Shown here: piece by piece, positions 50,963 to 63,124 of the stretch | How positions within the stretch are numbered: position 1 is the stretch's first letter | How the letters are laid out: the number at the start of each line of letters is the position of its first letter | Notes under the pieces: generated by a model | Told to the model about the DNA's origin: nothing | Databases searched by the model: none | What the model saw: only the letters and a program-made list of their open reading frames with translations | DNA from: Leucoraja ocellata | Lineage: Eukaryota | Assembly: GCA_036785375.1 (NCBI GenBank) | Contig: JAWMAR010000027.1 | Location: 4,588,001 to 4,652,000 of the forward strand | Length of the DNA stretch: 64,000 nt | Direction: 5' to 3' | Translations under genes and position numbers: made by a program

Positions 50963-51924
50963 CTGCCTCTTATTTGCCGGTTTCACCTGCGTTTCCATGG
51001 ATATGTGCCAAATAATTCTAACCCCCCCAGATATTTGTTCAGTATCCTCCCACCAACCTCTCTCCGAACCAGCCCCTTAAGGTCCTGAAGACCACTTGAC
51101 TGAAGCCTCAATGAATCTCATCTCTACCAATGGTGGAAGGAATGGCTTTTGCTTGCGTTCGGTTGTGCAAGGCCGGTTCTGTGAGCGAGATGTACTTAAA
51201 CCATGCTCAAACCATGAGCTTACTCCCCTGTACATCATGTAATGTATCTTAACTGATGCACAATTTTCAGGCCAATGAGTCCAACTTTTCATCGGCATAA
51301 GATAGACACAAAATGCTGGAGTAACTCAGTGGGACAGGTAGCATCTCTGGAGAAAAGGAATGGCTGACATTTCAGGTTGAGACCCTTTCATAGGCATATT
51401 TACTTTTTGTGCATCAAATAAGAAAGCTTCTCACTCCATATGTGATGCATTTCAATTCCAGTGTATTGTAAACCAACGGGAACCAACTCTTTGCTAAGTT
51501 GCAGGACATTATTTGGAGAGAGATGTATATTTTGTTAATGTTTGATCCCATCCTGTGCAAATCGATGTTTTAGACCGATGAAAACGGGGAAAATGGATTT
51601 CACAAGTTTGGCCATATTACCAACAATCTCTCTGGGCAGTTTTCACTCTTTTTCAGACGTGTGATGATTTTAAATTACGAATATTGGCAGCAAAATAGAT
51701 TTCCCTTTGGGAATTTCTCTACACGGAGCACTGAGATGTATCATCTGCTACACCACAAGTCCATCTGCTGCACCAGGACTTCAAATCTGCATCAGCAACA
51801 ATAAAATATATCCTTTATCTCTGATTGTTGGACCACGTTCCTGCTAAAATGTCCAAAGCCCTTTGCCTGAGTGGGTGGAAAACAGTAATCACGATGCATC
51901 ATTACCTTTCTGAACCAGCCTATG

Positions 51925-52180
51925 GGATCTGTAATTAGCTTTTTTTCTTCTTTTTCACTCTCCTTTTCATCTCCAGCCTTCTCCACCCAACTTCCAATCA
52001 AATACCCGTCACCAGGCATTGTCTCGCTCCCACCTCTTTTCCAGCTTTCTTTGTTTCCCCCTCCCCCCCCCACCCGACTATAACCGGTCTGAAGAAGGGT
52101 GGCGACCCGAAATGTTGCCAATCTACATCCTTCAGAGACACTGCCTGACCTACTGAATTACTTCAACACTTTGTGTTTTA
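51925..52180 (+). mobile_element. PLE pseudo-LTR with hammerhead-like core at 52089
   Basis: Pyrimidine-rich pLTR, then ccggtctgaagaagggtggcgacccgaaatgttgcc...ctgcctgacctactgaattac. Confidence 0.7.
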
Positions 52181-54085
52181 CTTCAATGTGTGTGAAATGT
52201 GGCCAAATCATCTGCTGAGCTGTGGGACACATGAGCTTGCCAATTAAATCTGCTCTTTGCTTGAGCAGGTGGAGCAAACATCCTCCCAGAATCGGGTCCA
52301 ACCAACTTGGCACAGTGCGGAGCCCTCCCATTGTAACGCTCCAGGAGGCAGGGTTTACATGCCGCTAGTTGGAACTAACTATCAAAAAGCTATAAAGCTC
52401 ATGAAAGTGTCTGACATTTCCGAACATTGAAAAAACTTCAAAATTTTGGACAAAAAAACTTCTGTTCCATTTAAAAAAAAAAAAAAGATAATCCTATAAA
52501 CAACACAAACTCTAAATAATTGAGATGCATTAAATTCTGTTTAAGTTAACAATTCAATGAAAAAACATGTCAATCACCTCATGCAGTCTACTGATGCAGG
52601 TCTGGATGGCAATTTACTCGGATTTCCATGATTCCAACATTGGACTGTAATTGTAAAATTGACACTTCCAAGTTTGGGCTGAACCTTTCCACAGTTGTAG
52701 AGGCAAGTTACAAAAGTTCACTGCAGAAGTTCCTGCATTTCTGAAGATAGTGGCTCCAATACATCATTCATCACTTAAACTGGAACCATTTTTTCCATTT
52801 TGATATATTAGAGTGGTGGTGGAAATGAGAAACTTAAGTTACGTGAAGTTAGAATGATTCTCCTTGAAAGAAGATTAACAGGAGATTTAATAAAAAGGCA
52901 GATAGGGGGAAAAACTGTTAAAGAAATTTATGCCTACAGGTTCAGCATAGTTTATCAAAGAAGCAGAGGGAAAATTGAGGTCTTTTTTAATTAATTTTAT
53001 AATTTAGAATGCATTGCTTGAAGGGATGATGGAAGCAGACTTAACACTATCATTCAAAATGAAAAGAGCTCACTGCTTAAATAAGACAAGATACAGAGTA
53101 GAGGTATGATGTGGATATCTCTTTTTGAAATACGTACCAAACAGCAACCCTAATGGACTCTCCTGTACTGCATGAAAAGATCTCTACCCTCTTTTGGCTC
53201 TTTTTTTTTTGCAGAATGGACTGGTTTGCTTTTCTTGCAGTTGCTGCGGATTGCTTTTAATGTCTTCACCCGATGTTTCTATCACAGTGTATTCTTGGTT
53301 CACCTTTTGACTCTAAGCATAGACTGGGCTTGGCTGTTCTATGCAGAGGTGAAAACCTTCTCTATAAGCAATGGTGTGGAATGCTCATGGGAGTAATCTT
53401 GGAGGTCCGCTTTCTCTGTTAATTCATGACACTATCTTTGTTTGTTGATGTACTTCTCTTCTTTACTTCTCTTAAAAGTCTATTTTTGGTGCCTAGTTCA
53501 ATATCTTGTTTGCAGGCCTAAGTGACCATCTTGAATCCACCTCATAGGTTTGGGTGGAGGAAGGAGTTTTTGCCTAGCCTACAGGATTGTGATTGCAACA
53601 ATGCAGCACATGCATTTGCCATGGCATGCTGAGGTGTACTCATGTGCCTGGAGCTTGAGCCATCTGGAAAGGTTAGACACGGTGTTAACTTCATTACTGT
53701 TTTGGATGGGGAATGCATTTTCTTGTGTCTGAATGTATGTAGACTGCCATCTTGACACAATGCCCTCCATTTTATGTTGCATGTCAGTGTGGAGTCATCT
53801 TGGCCAACAGGAACTGCCAGTAGTCAGAGCACCAATGTGGCACCTCATGCGCACTGACAGAAACATTAAGAACTAACATGTTTAGTAATGATTGTAACAA
53901 TTCCCAGTTGAAAGCCTAGACCATTCAAGAGTCATAATCACATCTGGATTTGAGTGAATTTTCTATGTATCCTTTATAAATCCTGTTGCCCATCTTCAAT
54001 AGCTCTACTCCCTTGAGCGGTAGATTTGAAGCTGAAGAGCTCAAAATCATCAAGCCATTTCTCAGTGCTTATCCTCTCTATTAGC

Positions 54086-54372
54086 CTTGTTCAGTTTAGT
54101 GATACAGCATGGAAACACTCCCTTCGGCCCACTGAGTCCATGCCAACCAGCAATCACCCATGCATTAGTTCAATCCTGTCCTAGGGCCAACTTACAAAAG
54201 CCAATTAACTTACAACCCTGCACGCCTTTTTGGGACAAAACAGGAGCACCCGGAGAAAACCAAGGCAGTCACAGGGAGAACGTACGAACTCCGTACAGAC
54301 AGCACCTGAAGTCGGGACTGAACCTGGGTCTCTGTCGCTGTAAAGCAGCAAATCTGCTGTGCCATACCATGC
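54086..54372 (-). mobile_element. HE1-like V-SINE
   Basis: Same family as 33939-34246 and 62162-62458. Confidence 0.85.
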
Positions 54373-55819
54373 ATTATGCCCTGTTGCCATTGATATATCT
54401 GGGAATTGCAAGGATTCCCTTCTGCTATGAAACCCATTGTGTACATCTTCCTTGAAGTAAGATGTGGATTTCTCTGCTAAAATGTTTTGAATATTATGAA
54501 GTGAATTTGTTTCAAACATCTGTTACCATTCACATGTCTGTGAGGAGGTCAAGTGTTTCCCTGTGTGTATTAAAGCCAATATTTCAGTACATATTGAGGA
54601 TACACACTCTTGTGCATCAGAAAATAGATGCATGATTCAACTCTTATTATTCATAACTCGTATAAATATATCCCTGTAAAAAACAAAGCAAAATATTAAT
54701 GGCTATCAGTGCAATGGAGTGTATCGTGGACTGCATTTTCTTGGGTCACTCATCTTTTCATGGTCTGCTGTACGAGCAGTGTTGAGAATCTAACCTTTCC
54801 GCATGTACTCTTCTTAATCACTCAAACTGCTTTATTTTCTGAGATTTTGTGGTTATGTTAATAGCCCTCTTGTTTAATTTATTTCTACGTTAACCATGGC
54901 AGGTGGTATTTATCTCATCGTAGCTGCTATCAATAATCGCAGTTCTGATTTTCTCAATTCTGTCACATTCATCGAAGCAGCCAGACATTCCCCATTAATG
55001 GACACTGTCCTATTAATCATAACCCGCATCTTAATGTGTGCCCAATATAGATCTTTGTATCTAAAATTAACAGCTAATTCCTTGATGTGATGGTCCTAGA
55101 AAGTGTGATTAAAGTATATCCTTTGCAGAAACTGCTGTCATGTTTTTTTTTAAAGAGATAAACAATACCCAAATGGTGAGTATTTCAACTATGGATCCAA
55201 TATCTAGCATATATCCCTTGTGTGTCCAATAACTAGAAATATATTGCAGCATTCAAATCTGTCTTGATCTTTAGATTACGTACCTTGTATCTGTGTACAT
55301 CATAGCTGCATAATAGCAAAATACAAAACAAAACCACATTGTGTTGGCAGTTATTGCACGGATGAGCTGATAATGGAGATGGTTGTTGTCCTAGAGGAAA
55401 AATCTGTAAGTGTACACAACAAGTGTCCCATGGCCGATGTGTGCTATTTTGAGGCCTATGTTCTAAAGTATATTCTTTTCATGGCAAAGGAGCACTCTGA
55501 TGCTCAAACTCTCAACTCCATTAGCTGCTTCATCCTACTTTAGCATTCAGTTGATTCAATTTTTCCTTACTTGAATTTTACTGTATTGTGATTCTTGGCA
55601 ACAACAATCCTCTGGGGTGGTTAACGCGATTATCTTGACCTGAAACATATTTGACCCAAGGCACCACCTGAAGCAATTTAACTATACCAGGAACAGCATC
55701 CTGGAGAACCAAGGAGTATGTGCTTTGAGAACAGAGCATTGTGATCACTAACACTTGTCCTGAAGGTTAGGACCATTTTGATTTCAAACTCAAGTAAAGC
55801 CTTGATCTGGACTGCACTT

Positions 55820-56558
55820 CGTCCCACCCTGCTTCCTGTAAGGACTCCATCCCCTACTCCCAATTCCTCCGTCTATGCCGCATCTGCACCCAGAATGAGG
55901 TGTTCCACACCAGGGCGTCGGAGATGTCCTAATTCTTCAGGGAACGGGGGTTCTCCTCTTCTGCTATAGATGAGGCTCTCACCAGGGTTTCTTCTGTACC
56001 CCGTGACTGCTCTCTTCCCCCCCCCCCCCCCCCCCCCACTTGCAATTAGGGCAAGTCCCCCTTGTCCTCACATTCCAACTGACCAGCTGTCACATACAAC
56101 AAATAATCTTCCAACATTTTTGCCACCTCCAACGTGATCCCACCACTTGCCACATCTTCCCATCTCCTCCCCTGTCTGCTTTTCGCAGAGACTGCTCCCT
56201 CTGTAACTCGCTGGTTAATTTGTCCCTTCCCTTTTAGAACCACCCCCTCTCCGGGCACTTTCCCTTCCAACCGCAAGAAATGCTACACTTGTCGCTTTGC
56301 CTCCCCTTCCTTTCTGCTCTGAAACTCATTGTGTACATCTTCCTTGAAGTAAGGAGTAAGGACCCAAGCAGTCTTTCCAGGTGCGGCAGAGGTTCACCTG
56401 CACCTCCTCCAACCTCATCTATTGCGTCCGCTGCTCTAGATGTCAGCTGCTCTACATCAGTGAGACCAAGCGTAGGCTTGGCGATCGCTTCGCCGAACAC
56501 CTCTGCTCGGTTTGCAATATCCAACCTGATCTCCCGGTGGCTCAGCACTTCAACTCAG
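55820..56558 (+). mobile_element. Penelope-like element ORF fragment (RT thumb to GIY-YIG endonuclease)
   Basis: SIPYSQFLRLCRICT...; RQRFTCTSSNLIYCVRCSRCQLLYISETKRRLGDRFAEH...PVAQHFNS, a GIY-YIG domain with CxxC. Confidence 0.92.
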
Positions 56559-57311
56559 CACATTAAATACATCCATGCTGATATTTGTCTTATAGTCAAA
56601 GTGCAACCAGGCTGATTTTATATGTCTGGAAAACACGAGATATTAAATTTGCATAATTTACAGAATTTGCCTCGGTTGGCACAGGAGCAGAAATATAACC
56701 TGGATTTATGTTGATGTTTGATTGGCGCTACAGGGAAGAATTAGAATAGTGACTGTGGGAATATATATTATATAAATTCTGCACATTCGTTGTTTACCAA
56801 TATTAAATATTAAATATAGGAATTGAGATGAAGGAAAATGTGTTAAATGGAATGATGGTTCAGCATACTAATTAGGAAAGACGTGAGATTATTATGGGCA
56901 GGTGCATGTAGCAGCCAACAGTGTCTGCACTTTTAAAAAGGCAAATAGCATACTGAGTTCCTTTAACTGTCAATCAAATCAGGTTTAATTATGAGTTCAT
57001 AAAAGACAATCTCAGGGCATATGGAATCATTTCAAAGGCTCTTACTTGATAGAGAAATGCCTGTTAAAATTTGTGTTTACAGTGAAGTCTTTTCTAAGTT
57101 GTGGTTTAAGTGCAGGTTAACAGGTTATCTGGGTTTCAGGTTTTCCGACCTTGGGATTTTTATGTGAATGACGGTGGTTGTAATTAAGGTCATTGATGGT
57201 AAGGGAAGGTGGCTCAACTCTCTCCATAGACGACCATTACCATAAACAATGTGAATGACGCAAGCGACATTTGCTCAAGATTGGAAATCGCTCCAGTCGA
57301 GCACATAAGCA

Positions 57312-57660
57312 AAGATATGCCCAAATGGCTGGAATAACTCAGCGGCTCAGGCACCATCTCCGGAGAAAATGGACAGGTGACTTTTCGGGTCGAATCCCTT
57401 CAAACTCTCATTCCCCTGAAAGTCAGGGGAGAGGGAAACTGGAGGTAAAAAAAATGTTCAGAACAAATCAGAGCTGGCACCGGTGACCAAGGAAAGGTGG
57501 AGCCCACAATGGTCCATTGTTGGCTGTGGAAGAGGTGATAATGAAGGTACATATGTGAACAATGGAAATGGCAGGACAACTAAGGTGGGGGAGGGATGGA
57601 GTGAGGGGGAATGTAGGGGTTACCTGAAATTATAGATATCAACATACATACTGCTGCTAG
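57312..57660 (-). mobile_element. PLE pseudo-LTR plus ORF end
   Basis: Shares caaggaaaggtggagcccacaatggtccattgttggctgtggaagaggtgataa with 49253-49306. Confidence 0.75.
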
Positions 57661-58937
57661 AGTAACACAGCGGGATTGGTGCTGCGTTGCTTCATTATTG
57701 GAGATGAAGGGAACACTTCAATTCAACACTTTCCACCCCCCCCCCCCCTCCTGACTTCATGTGGGATGTGATGGGGTCCACTGTTAATCAACGGCTTATG
57801 AGACGGCCTTGTCTTAAGCCTAAAATGTTGGTTTCCTGTCGCAACGCATGTTCTATCGTAAAAATTCAGAGAGTTGTACAGTAGCAGAGCCATCTTGTTG
57901 GAACGGTGGAAAATTAAACTAGTACTATAGTACAAAATGGCTGTGGCTACCACCAACCATTTGCCCCTCATCCTTGGCTGTCCTGAACTCCACATTTTTG
58001 TTCTGTTTATTGCATTTCACTTGATTGTCATCCTACTGGGGCACACTCAGCAATACTGCAGGTTTTACATCTATATCTCTGTCCACTTTTTGTCCATGAC
58101 AAACGTGTCATTGAATTGCATTGTTTTGCATTCAAGGATGCCTTCCCTCCACTCTTTCTTGAAAAGGAGGCACGCAATGGCGTAAACAGCAGTCATCCAG
58201 TACAGTACAGACATGACCTTGCCCACATGGAAGAGACTGTTCAGTTTTACCAAAGCATCTATTACTGAGGGTGCAGCAGGAGGACAGAAAGCATGCTCTC
58301 TGATCAAATCATCTTTCTCATATTCCACTGGCCCTCATCCACCTGACTGTTCTGATTTAGAAGCTCAATTTGGTGTAAATCAGCACTTCATCATTATCTC
58401 TACTTTGTCCCAATGACTTTGCTGGGCTATAGTAGAAGAACAAGACTACCACATAGATGAAGAACTACCATCAGTCTATTAGAAATACTCAGCCAGGCTC
58501 AGATACTGACACTGTGTATGTAATTTTGGGTAAGCTTCCTCAGTGGGATCTGCTGGATGACCACACATCTCACCACCTCAAAGGATGGGGCTTCCTGCAG
58601 AAGATTTGGATGAAGATTTTGATGGGGATAGTTTATGAAAAGTGCATTAGTACAATGAAACATTAGGTGTAAAGGCAGCCTTGTCAGAATGCCTGTGTGC
58701 AAAGTCATGGAGTATGGAGGAGTGCTGCACATGGCATTGTGCAGAGTTTGGAAATGTTTGTCTACGCCAATAACTCACTCACAGGCACAATCCAAATCCA
58801 GTGTTTGATGGCCCAATGCCCCAGGTGCATTCCAAATAACACAAGCAGCAGCTTGTGTTAACACATTTTGCCATTGTGTTAACTTATTAATTTTCTCCCA
58901 GCCACTGAAAGTATTGGAGGCAAGTTAAAGTGTACTC

Positions 58938-58972
58938 GGTCTGAAGAAGGGTCTTGACCCTGAAACGTCACC
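58938..58972 (+). ncRNA. Minimal type-I hammerhead ribozyme-like motif in a PLE pseudo-LTR (58938-59032)
   Basis: ggt-CTGAAGA-[aGGGTC tt GACCCt]-GAAA-C-GTC-acc: intact catalytic core, paired stem II, 3-bp stem I (ggt/acc) and palindromic ACGT stem III. Activity is untested. Confidence 0.6.
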
Positions 58973-60523
58973 TATTCTTTTTCTCCAGAGATGCTGTCTG
59001 ACCCGCTAAGTTACAGTAGCTTTTTGTGTCAATCTGAGGTGTGCTATCATTGGTAAGTAAAGCATGGGGATTCTCCAACATCTGTGACACCTCTCATTGA
59101 ATGAAACCCACTTAATTTGTGATGCCTTGCAATTTGGAATGCACCTGTAGACTAATGGACTGCAGTCGCAAACCCATTCCACCATCTCAAGGTATGGAAA
59201 CCATTGTTTTGAAAAGCCCGTTATTTTTATTTAAATTTTGTCAGTTATTTTAAATGTACAGCATTTGTGCCCTTCTTAACAGTGGCTGGTAAATTAAGAT
59301 GTTGGAAATATGTCCCTTCTATCATCTGTATCGCCATTTGCAATACAGCCCTTGCTCTGCTCCAAGGTGCAGCTGTATCTAAAGCAGGTAACAGATTGAA
59401 ATGTGGGCTTCTGACTGAGGTACAGGGATCTTGCATATTATTGAGGTTAAGATAGGAAAAAGATTACTCCCTAATATTGCATCTCACACTGAAAATGTAT
59501 GCAGCTAGAAAAAAAAAACTGATATCGTATCAAACATGAGGCCTCCATATTTTGAATTATATGCAAGTCTTTTTTCCATATTTTTGAATAGGATTTGTAA
59601 TAAGTGGACTAGAATTGGCACTTGGATGCATTGGCATTGAATGTATTGACAGCTTTTACTGAGAGTGCCTCTGCATGTATGGGGGTTGACACGAAGACAT
59701 ACAGAACCGGAGATTTTACTCAGCATGTTCTGTAAGCTACTCGTGTGGATAGCAGTGGAAGAAATGGATTGTTATCCTATGACCTTTGTAATCCTGCCAA
59801 TTTCATTTTGTTTTTGGATGCACAATTATAAACTACATGCATCATTTAATTGATACCCTGACTTGCACCAGAACGAGTCAAGATGGCAAAACTCATTCTA
59901 AAGCTGTGTTAAGTCTTATTTGCCAGTAGAATTTAAAATTAAATATTTCTCTTTATGTGGAACTTAATGGTTTAGTACGGTATTTTTTTTAAATATGCTA
60001 CCTTTTGTGTCATTGGCAAATTTTGTAGAAATATCTGGGTAGTGATTAACTGATCTATGGCCATTTCCTGTATGCCACTCCAATTGGCTTTCATGCTGCT
60101 GTCCCATGGTTGTTTTGGAGGGATAATAAGGTTTGAAGGTGTAAATATTAGAACAGCGTATAAATTGCATGTTTAATCTAGCACCTTCAACCCAGTAGAA
60201 TATGCAGTGTTATAAAACATAATGACATATGTGATTGAAGTTATAAGTGCATCATGTGCAAATGTGAGTTCGTTATTTGAATCCATTGTGAAATGCCTGC
60301 TTTTATGATCTTTTATGTAATGATTTTAGCTCTGGATTTGTAACCTTGAACATTATCAATTACAAAACGTACAGATATGTACGTGATGCAAAGTCTCTTT
60401 TGGCTTTTGGAACTTTCTATGCATCATTGCTCCAATCCAGAGTGCTCTTGGTTGCATTTCACCATTCAGCATGCCAGCTGAAAGGTAATGATCATTTTTA
60501 CAAGCAGTATTACATATACTGCA

Positions 60524-60679
60524 GGTACACAAAAATGCTGGAGAAACTCAGCGGGTGCAGCAGCATCTATAGAGCGAAGGAAATAGGTGACGTTTCGGGC
60601 CGAAACCCTTCTTCAGACTGATAGGGGGTGGGGGGGGGGGGGGGGGGAGAAGGAATGAAAAAGGGGAGGAGCTGCAATA
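60524..60679 (-). mobile_element. PLE pseudo-LTR insertion with intact hammerhead-like core and 13-bp TSD
   Basis: Reverse complement cagt-CTGAAGA-a-gggt ttcg gccc-GAAAC-GTC-acct. TSD tacatatactgca at 60511-60523 / 60680-60692. Confidence 0.85.
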
Positions 60680-61269
60680 TACATATACTGCAACTACTTT
60701 TGAATTATCCTTTTGGTGCAATTTCTCTCTCGATTTTCCCCTTTGGGTAAAATCTTTCCACGATTCCCTTTCAATTTCTTCCATGCATTTTTCTCTCTTG
60801 GCCCATGTTATATTAGCTGGTCATTTATCTCGTCTCGCTGTCTTGCACTCAGTGCTGAATTTTGAAATGGTGTTCAATATTCATTGGGTGCGAAGCATTT
60901 TGAGATGTTCTTTGAATGTGATAAAGTACAATATATTCTCTGCTTGTCTACACACATGCATATTTATGCATGAACCAGTGCGATAAATAGCGAAGTATAT
61001 AACCATTGAACAATGGCTGAAATTCATTTCCCATGTCTTTCTGAAAGATGCAAGGTGGATTTGTCATGCTGAACACACATTTTAGTTTTCTCGAAAACAA
61101 GGCTGATTGAAATATGGTAACTGCGCTAAAAGCACAGGGGAAGATTGTACTTAACTCTGCCGAGTGTTTGACTCCTCATTCACACAATTGCAATAAACCT
61201 TTGCATCTGCATGATTCCTGCAAATCCTTGAAGTGTGAAGGCACAGTAGTTCAGTTATTCGTGCTCCTC

Positions 61270-61562
61270 TGACAAGGGTTCGGTTTTGTCTCCGACATTG
61301 TCAATGGTGAGTTTGCACATTCCCTTTGATATCATGTGAGAGTCCTCTGGGTGCTCTGGTTTCCTCCCACAGCCCAAAGGCAGGTAGTTTTGTAGGCCAA
61401 TTGTCCACTGCATACTGTCCTTAGTGTGCAGATTAGTGGTAGAATTTGGCAAGATTTGATGGGAATGTGGTAGAATAAAATAGGATTTGCTCGGACTAAA
61501 GTGTTTGATCATTGCAGCTGACAGTTGCCCAAGGGCTCGTTTTTGTGCTGTATGATTCTATG
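61270..61562 (+). mobile_element. Degraded V-SINE
   Basis: gagtttgcacattccc...gggtgctctggtttcctcccacagcccaaag...tgtgctgtatgattctatga. Confidence 0.7.
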
Positions 61563-61648
61563 ATTACGGCCATCCCTTGAAATGGAAAAGTCCCTGAGAA
61601 TCTCAGGCAATGGCTTTTATTTTCAATACTTGGCATAGAGAATTGGCT

Positions 61649-61808
61649 GTACACCAAAATGCTGGAGAAACTTCAGACTGAAGAAGGGTTTCGGCCCGAA
61701 ACGTTGCCTATTTCCTTCGCTCCATAGATGCTGCTGCACCCGCTGAGTTTCTCCAGCATTTTTGTGTACCTTTGATTTTCCAGCATCTGCAGTTCCTTCT
61801 TAAAAAAA
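61649..61808 (+). mobile_element. 160-bp PLE pseudo-LTR/tail insertion with short inverted end and perfect 15-bp TSD
   Basis: TSD catagagaattggct at 61634-61648 / 61809-61823; core ctgaagaagggtttcggcccgaaacgtt at 61678. Confidence 0.9.
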
Positions 61809-62161
61809 CATAGAGAATTGGCTTCTGGGTTCAGTCCTGATGACACCAGGTGGCTGAGGCCATTTCTATTGTAGCTGAATGTCTATGAAACTATTGCAAC
61901 CAGTATATTGAAAAAGTTTAAATACATTCAAATGACTTTATAAAAACAAATTATTGAAATAATGACACTTATTTCAAAACATGATCTTGTGTAAATTATG
62001 TAAAACCATTATTAGTGACGTTAGAAAGAGTAAATTCCCACCAAGCTTTACTTGTGTTTTAAATAATGGTTGGTGACCACAATGTAATGGATGGGGTTGC
62101 ACAAGAAATAGTTGATCTATAACATCAGCCAGATATGAACCATAATTCGGTCCTTCAGTTT

Positions 62162-62458
62162 AAATTTAGTTTAGTTTTGAGATACAGCGCGGAAACACGC
62201 TCTTTGGGCCCACCGAGTCTGCGCCAGCAATCCCCACACTATCCTACACACATGAGGGATAATTTACATTTATACTCAGCCAATTAACCCCCAAACCTGT
62301 GTATCTTTGGAGTGGGGGAAGAAACCGAACATCGTGGAGAAAACCCACAGTCACAGGAATAACGTACAAACTCCGTACAGCCAGTACCCATAGTTGGGAT
62401 TGAATCCGGATCTCCAGCGCTGTAGGGCAGCAACTCTACCGCTGTGCCGCCATGCTGC
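62162..62458 (-). mobile_element. HE1-like V-SINE
   Basis: gatacagcgcggaaacac...gggattgaatccggatctccagcgctgtagggcagcaactctaccgctg. Confidence 0.85.
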
Positions 62459-63124
62459 CCATTAAGAAACTGCCATTGAACTTAGTGCTGAAAGCAGCAG
62501 TAGGTGAGAGACGAGAGATGCTGCCATCTGATCTCCACTACATTTTGTACTTCTGTAGACTAGTATGTGGCGTGCTCTGGCTCCAGCTGGCTGCCAATTC
62601 CCTGTGGAACTGCTGGCTAAAAATCTGCATGATCCAGCCCATAACAAACACCTGTCCAATATTTTTCTCGCAGCATTCAATCTTTAGTACTCAGTTTGAA
62701 AATGGTTCACATCAAACTGTCACATGTTGATGTATCCAGATTACAAATGTACATGAATATTGACACTTACTGAAGCTTGATACATATCTGAGTGACAACA
62801 GAGTGGAACCTTGCTGTGCTCGCTGTTATGCCTGATACTTCACTTAGCTTGTTGGCATTACAGGATTATTATTTTTTAAAACTGTAGTTTCTAAATTATC
62901 ATTCTGCCTGTGTTTTCCCATTACGCTTGTCCTTGACTAGGATTTCTTTGGTTTGTTTTCAAAACTACAGGGAATGAGGGGTAAAGCTTCTTTGAAACTG
63001 ATCTGCATGATGTTCACTACAGGTTTGTTAGTATAGTTTCACGAGCTGTGGCAATGCAAGCAAAAAGGCATTGATTTTCCATTCTTCATTACCCTTAGGA
63101 AGCCTGTGGTTAGTTGATTCCCAG

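Noticed and set aside
56016-56038. Poly-C/poly-G runs (also ~16928 and ~60630) as functional G-quadruplexes
   Set aside because: They lie inside PLE copies at positions where the family carries homopolymers, and their lengths are unreliable in assemblies.
61610-61630. atggcttttattttc resembling miR-135 (expected in the RMST region)
   Set aside because: Only a partial match to the mature sequence and no precursor hairpin; a true miR-135 was not found in this window.
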